Origin: Mobula hypostoma
Lineage: Eukaryota
DNA length: 64,000 nt
Direction: 5' to 3'
Assembly: GCF_963921235.1 (NCBI RefSeq)
Contig: NC_086097.1
Coordinates: forward strand, 183,894,001 to 183,958,000
The notes under the pieces were generated by a model. The model saw only the letters and a program-made list of their open reading frames with translations. It made no database searches and was not told the DNA's origin. Shown here piece after piece: positions 59,839-64,000 of this stretch. The position numbers were made by a program, and so were the translations under genes. How positions within the stretch are numbered: the first letter of the stretch is position 1; every line of letters begins with the position of its first letter.

Positions 59839-61534
59839 ATTGTAGCGATGTGCTACACACAGCGCTAGAATAACCACACGGAGTCGGTGAGTTAGAGTTG
59901 CGATGAAAGAGATTTATTCAAACTTCGCGGCCCGCTTTAAAGCCTTCCCGTTCCCGCCCTTTTTGCTGCCCGCCCTCTGCCTGTGCGCGCTGTTTCGTGA
60001 GCCGGTTCGTGGGTGTCAGAAAGTGGGTCGCCACAATATGTCTATTAAATAGTTAAAATAAGTAGTGCAAAGTAACAGAAATAAAAAAAGTAGTGAGATA
60101 GTGTTCATGGGTTCAATATCCATTTAGAAAATGGATGCCAGATGGGAAGAAACCGTTCCTGAATTGCTGAGTGTGTACCTTCAGGCTTCTGTACCCCCTA
60201 CCTGATGGTAACAGTGTGAAGGGGGCATGCTCTGGGTGGCGGGGATTGTTAATGAGGGACACCGCCATCCTAAGGCACTGCTCCTTGAAGATGTCTTGGA
60301 TACTATGGAGACTGGTACCCATAATAGAGCAGCCTAATTTTACAAGTTTCTGCAACTTATTTCAATCTTGTGTTGTAGCCCCTTGCCCCACCCCCATACC
60401 AGATGGTGATGCAGTCAGTCAGAATGCTCTCCATGGGACATTTGTAGAAGTTTTTGAGTGTTTTTAGTTGACAAACCAAATCTGCTCAAACTCCGAATGA
60501 AATATAGCTGCTGTCTTGCCTTCTTCATAGCTGCATCATAATGTTGTGTCAGATTAGGTCCTCAGAGATATTGACACTCAGGAACTTGAAGTTGCTTGCT
60601 CTCTCCATTTCTGATCCCTCTATGAGGATTGGTGTGTATTCCCTCATCTTACCCTTCCTGAAGTCCACAATCAGCTCTTTGGTCTTTCTGATGTGGAGTG
60701 CAAGTTGTTCCTGTGACACCACTCAACTAACTGCTCCTGTACACCCTTTCATCACCATCTGAGATTCTCCCAACGATGGTTGTATCATCAACAAATGGAG
60801 GGCCATATGGGAGAAAATGGTTAAATTGATCTTGGGGCAGGTTAGAAGATCAACAAATCATCTCGGAAGGTAGGGCCCGCACGGTGCTGTATTGTTCTAT
60901 ATTCTAAAATGCTAGAAACAATCACCAGGTCAAGCACCAGCTATGGAAAGAGTTAATGATTCAGGTTCAGGCCTTCTATTAGAACTGGCTGTGAGATCAT
61001 GAAATGATAATCAAATTTGTTTCCACCAATTCACATAATACTCCAGCTTCCTGAATTTCCTACCAAGGTGAATCACTTCACATTTATCCCTGTTATACTG
61101 CATCTGTCATGTGCTTGCCCATCAAATTGAGCTGTCCAAATTGCCTTCTATATTCTCCTTACAGTTTCTCTGCTGTGGGGAAGAGTCATTAAGTCCTAGC
61201 TTGTTTCCCAGGAGTCAACACAGCAACAATACTGCAGCTGCAGTCTCTGTGTAGAAGTTCTCACGGGCAGTGCTGAAGCACAGTTTCAACAGATGAATTT
61301 GATAGATAAATGCTAAGCAGCTTCTTCTTATACGTATGTATTTAACAAATGTATGAACATTTTCAGGAAATAGGAATGGCATTATTGTTGCCAAGAAGTG
61401 TCTGAGCTCCACTTACTAGGTAATGATGACTATTCATAGGATGTGAGTAGATGTTGTGGCACGTACCTTATCAAGTCGAGATCCCTGCAGTTTTGACTGA
61501 TAATTTATAGTTTCCTTAACAACAGTTTCTGTGT

Positions 61535-64000
61535 GTGATGCTGCTCATCAGAGATAGTGTCACGGCTGCAGAAAAGGAGGAAGTCATGGAGGGATTGTCT
61601 GCGGAGTCTCTGTGGGTGGAAGTTAGGAATAGGAAGGAGTCAATAACTGTACTGGGTGTTTTTTATAGACCACTCAATAGTAATAGGGACATTGAGGAGC
61701 AGATAAGGAGACAGATTCTGAAAAGGTGTAATAATAACAGGGAAATATTTAATTTCCCAAATATTGATTGTCATCTCCCTAGAGCGAGGGGTTTAGATGG
61801 GGTGGAGTTTGTTGGGTGTGTTCAGGAAGGTTTCCTGACACAATATGTAGATAAGCCTACAAGAGGAGAGGCTGTACTTGATCTGGTATTGGGAAATGAA
61901 CCTGGTCAGGTGTCAGGTCTCTCAGTGGGAGAGCATTCTGGAGATGGTGATCACAATTCTATCTCCTTTACCATAACATTGGAGGGGATAGGAACAGACA
62001 AGTTAAGAAAGTGTTTAGTTGGAGTAAGAGGAAATATGAAGCTATCAGGCAGGAACTTGGAAGCATAAATTAGGAACAGAGGTTCTCAGGGAAATTTACA
62101 GCAGAAATGTACAAATGTTCAGGGGATATTTGGGTGACATTCTGCATAGGTATGTTCCAATGAGACAGTGAAAGGATGTAGGGTACAGGAACCATGGTGT
62201 ACAAGGGCTGTTGAAAATCTAGTCAAGAAGAAAAGAAACGCTTATGAAGGATTTTAAAAACTAGGTAATGAGAGAGATCTAGAAGATTATAAGGCTAGCA
62301 GGAAGGAATTTAAGAATGAAATTAGGAGAGCCAGAACGGGCCATGAGAAGGCCTTGGTGAGCAGGATTGAGAAAAAAAGCACAAAGCATTCTACAAGTAT
62401 ATGAAGAGCAAGAGGATAAGACATGAGAGAATAGGACCAATGAAGTGTGAGAGTGGAAAAGTGTGTATGGAACCGAAGGAGATAGCAGAGATACTTAAAG
62501 AATATTTTGCTTCAGTATTCACAATGGAAAAGGATCTTGGCGATTGTAGGGATGATTTATAGCGGATTGAAAAGTTTGAGCTTAAGACATTAAGACATTA
62601 AAAAAGAGGATGTGCTGGAGCTTTTGGAAAGTATCCAGTTGGATAAATCTCTGGGCCTGGTCAAGATGTATCCCAGGCGAGGGAGAAAATTGCTGAGCCT
62701 CTGGCAATGATCTTTGTTTCATCAATGGGGACGGGAGAGGATCTGGAGGATTGGAGGGTTGCAGATGTTGTTCCCTTATTCAAGAAAGGGAGTAGAGATA
62801 GCCCAGAAAATTATAGACCAGTAAGTCTTACTTCACTGTTTGGGAAGCTGATGGAAAAGATCCTGAGAGGTGGGAGTTATTAAAATTTGGAGTGACATAA
62901 TATGATTAGGAATCGTCAGCATGGCTTTGTCAAAGGCAGGTTATGCCTTACAAGCCTGATTGAATTTTTTGAGGATGTGACTAAACACATTGATGAAGGT
63001 ACAGCAGTAGGTGTACTGTATATGGATTTCAGCAAGGGATCTGATAAGGTACCCCATGCAAGGCTTATTGAGAAAGTAAGGAGGCATGGGATCCAAGGAA
63101 CCTTGCTTTGCAGATCCAGAATTGGCTTCCCTACAGAAGGCAAAGAGTAGTTGTAGACGGGTCACATTCTGCATGGAGGTCAGTGACCAGTGGTGTGCCT
63201 CAGGGATCTGTTCTGGGACCCCTTCTTTTCGTGATTTTTATAAATGACCTGGATGAGGAAGTGGAGGGATGGGTTAGTAAATTTGCTGATGACACAAAGG
63301 TTGGAGGTGTTGTGGATAGTGTGGAGGACCGTCAGAGGTTACAGTAGGATATTGATAGGATACAAAACTGGGCTGAGATGTGACAGATGGAAATCAACAC
63401 AGTTAAGTGTGAGGTGGTTCATTTTGGTCGGTCAAATATGATGGCAGAATATACTATTAATGGTAAGACTCTTGGCAGTGTGGAGGATCAGAGGGATCTT
63501 GGAGTCCGAGTCCATAGGACACTCAAAGCTGCTGAGCAGGTTAACTCTATGGTTAAGAAGGCATACAGTGTATCGACCTTCATCAACCGTGGAATTGAGT
63601 TTAAGAGCTGAGAGGTAATGTTACAGCTATATAGGACCCTGGTCAGGCCCCACTTAGAGTACTGTGCTCAGTTCTGGTCATCTCACTACCGGAAGAATGT
63701 GGAAACCATAGAAAAGGTGCAGAGGAGATTTACAAGGATGTTGCCTGGATTGGGGAGCATGCCTTATGAAAACAGGTTGAGTAAACTCGGCCTTTTCTCC
63801 TTGGAGCGATGGAGGATGAGAGGTGACCTGATAGAGGTGTATAAGGTGATGAGAGGCATTGATCGTGTGGATAGTCAGAGGCTTTTTCCCAGAGCTGAAA
63901 TGGCTGCCACATGAAAGCACAAGTTTAAGGTGCTTGAAAATAGGTACAGAGGAGACGTCAGGGGTAAGTTTTTTACGCAGAGAGTGGTGAGTGTGTGGAA
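61535..64000 (+). mobile_element. Long CR1 ORF2 relic (APE plus RT), continuing past the window end
   Basis: ESLWVEVRN...GVFYRP...FNFPNID...[49 protein letters not shown]; multiple stops and frameshifts. Confidence 0.95.

Larger units (their letters stand above)
55838..60035 (-). mobile_element. Full-length young Gypsy/Ty3 LTR retrotransposon (4198 bp)
   Basis: 195-bp LTRs 55838-56032 and 59841-60035 (TG...CA, 4 transitions apart); TSD ATAT; PBS; G-run PPT at 56036-56047. Confidence 0.98.
55718..60795 (-). mobile_element. Rex1/Babar 3' end (55718-55837 plus 60036-60795) split by the young Gypsy
   Basis: TTCAGAATCAGAAT tail; ORF 60113-60355 (LLPSGRGYRSLKVHTQQFRNGFFP); colinear with 6180-7070 once the Gypsy is removed. 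Confidence 0.88.
55300..60905 (+). mobile_element. CR1 3' end (55300-55715 plus 60796-60905) split by the Rex/Gypsy nest
   Basis: SEYCVQF.WPHYRKEV motif upstream; 3' UTR resumes at GGAGGGCCATATGG and ends TGTTCTATATTCTA. Confidence 0.7.

Noticed and set aside
56239..59868. Numerous overlapping and antisense ORFs in the Gypsy
   Set aside because: Expected shadows of a GC-rich long ORF.

Overview
Vertebrate nuclear DNA, most likely a cartilaginous fish (inferred from HE1/V-SINE-like copies, shark/ray-type CR1 tails and abundant Penelope-like and Rex1/Babar elements). No host protein-coding exon could be supported; the window reads as intronic or intergenic DNA, mostly nested transposable elements. 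Contents: (i) a young, full-length Gypsy LTR retrotransposon (55838-60035, minus strand; 195-bp LTRs with 4 differences, ATAT TSD, tRNA-Trp PBS, one premature stop); (ii) a degraded, internally deleted endogenous retrovirus (42840-~45330) with a tRNA-Pro PBS, class-I-like capsid, two CCHC knuckles, protease and retroviral RNase H; (iii) four related solo LTRs with 4-bp TSDs; (iv) Neptune- and Poseidon-type Penelope-like elements with hammerhead ribozyme motifs, one near-intact (38382-38417), plus 49- and 103-bp pieces of that terminal module carrying their own TSDs; (v) an IR/DR Tc1 transposon interrupted by a CR1 and by a HERO-type RLE retrotransposon with a snap-back 5' end; (vi) many CR1, Rex1/Babar, RTE, SINE and older Gypsy relics. 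Family assignments come from motif recognition by eye, not database searches, and boundaries of old relics are approximate.
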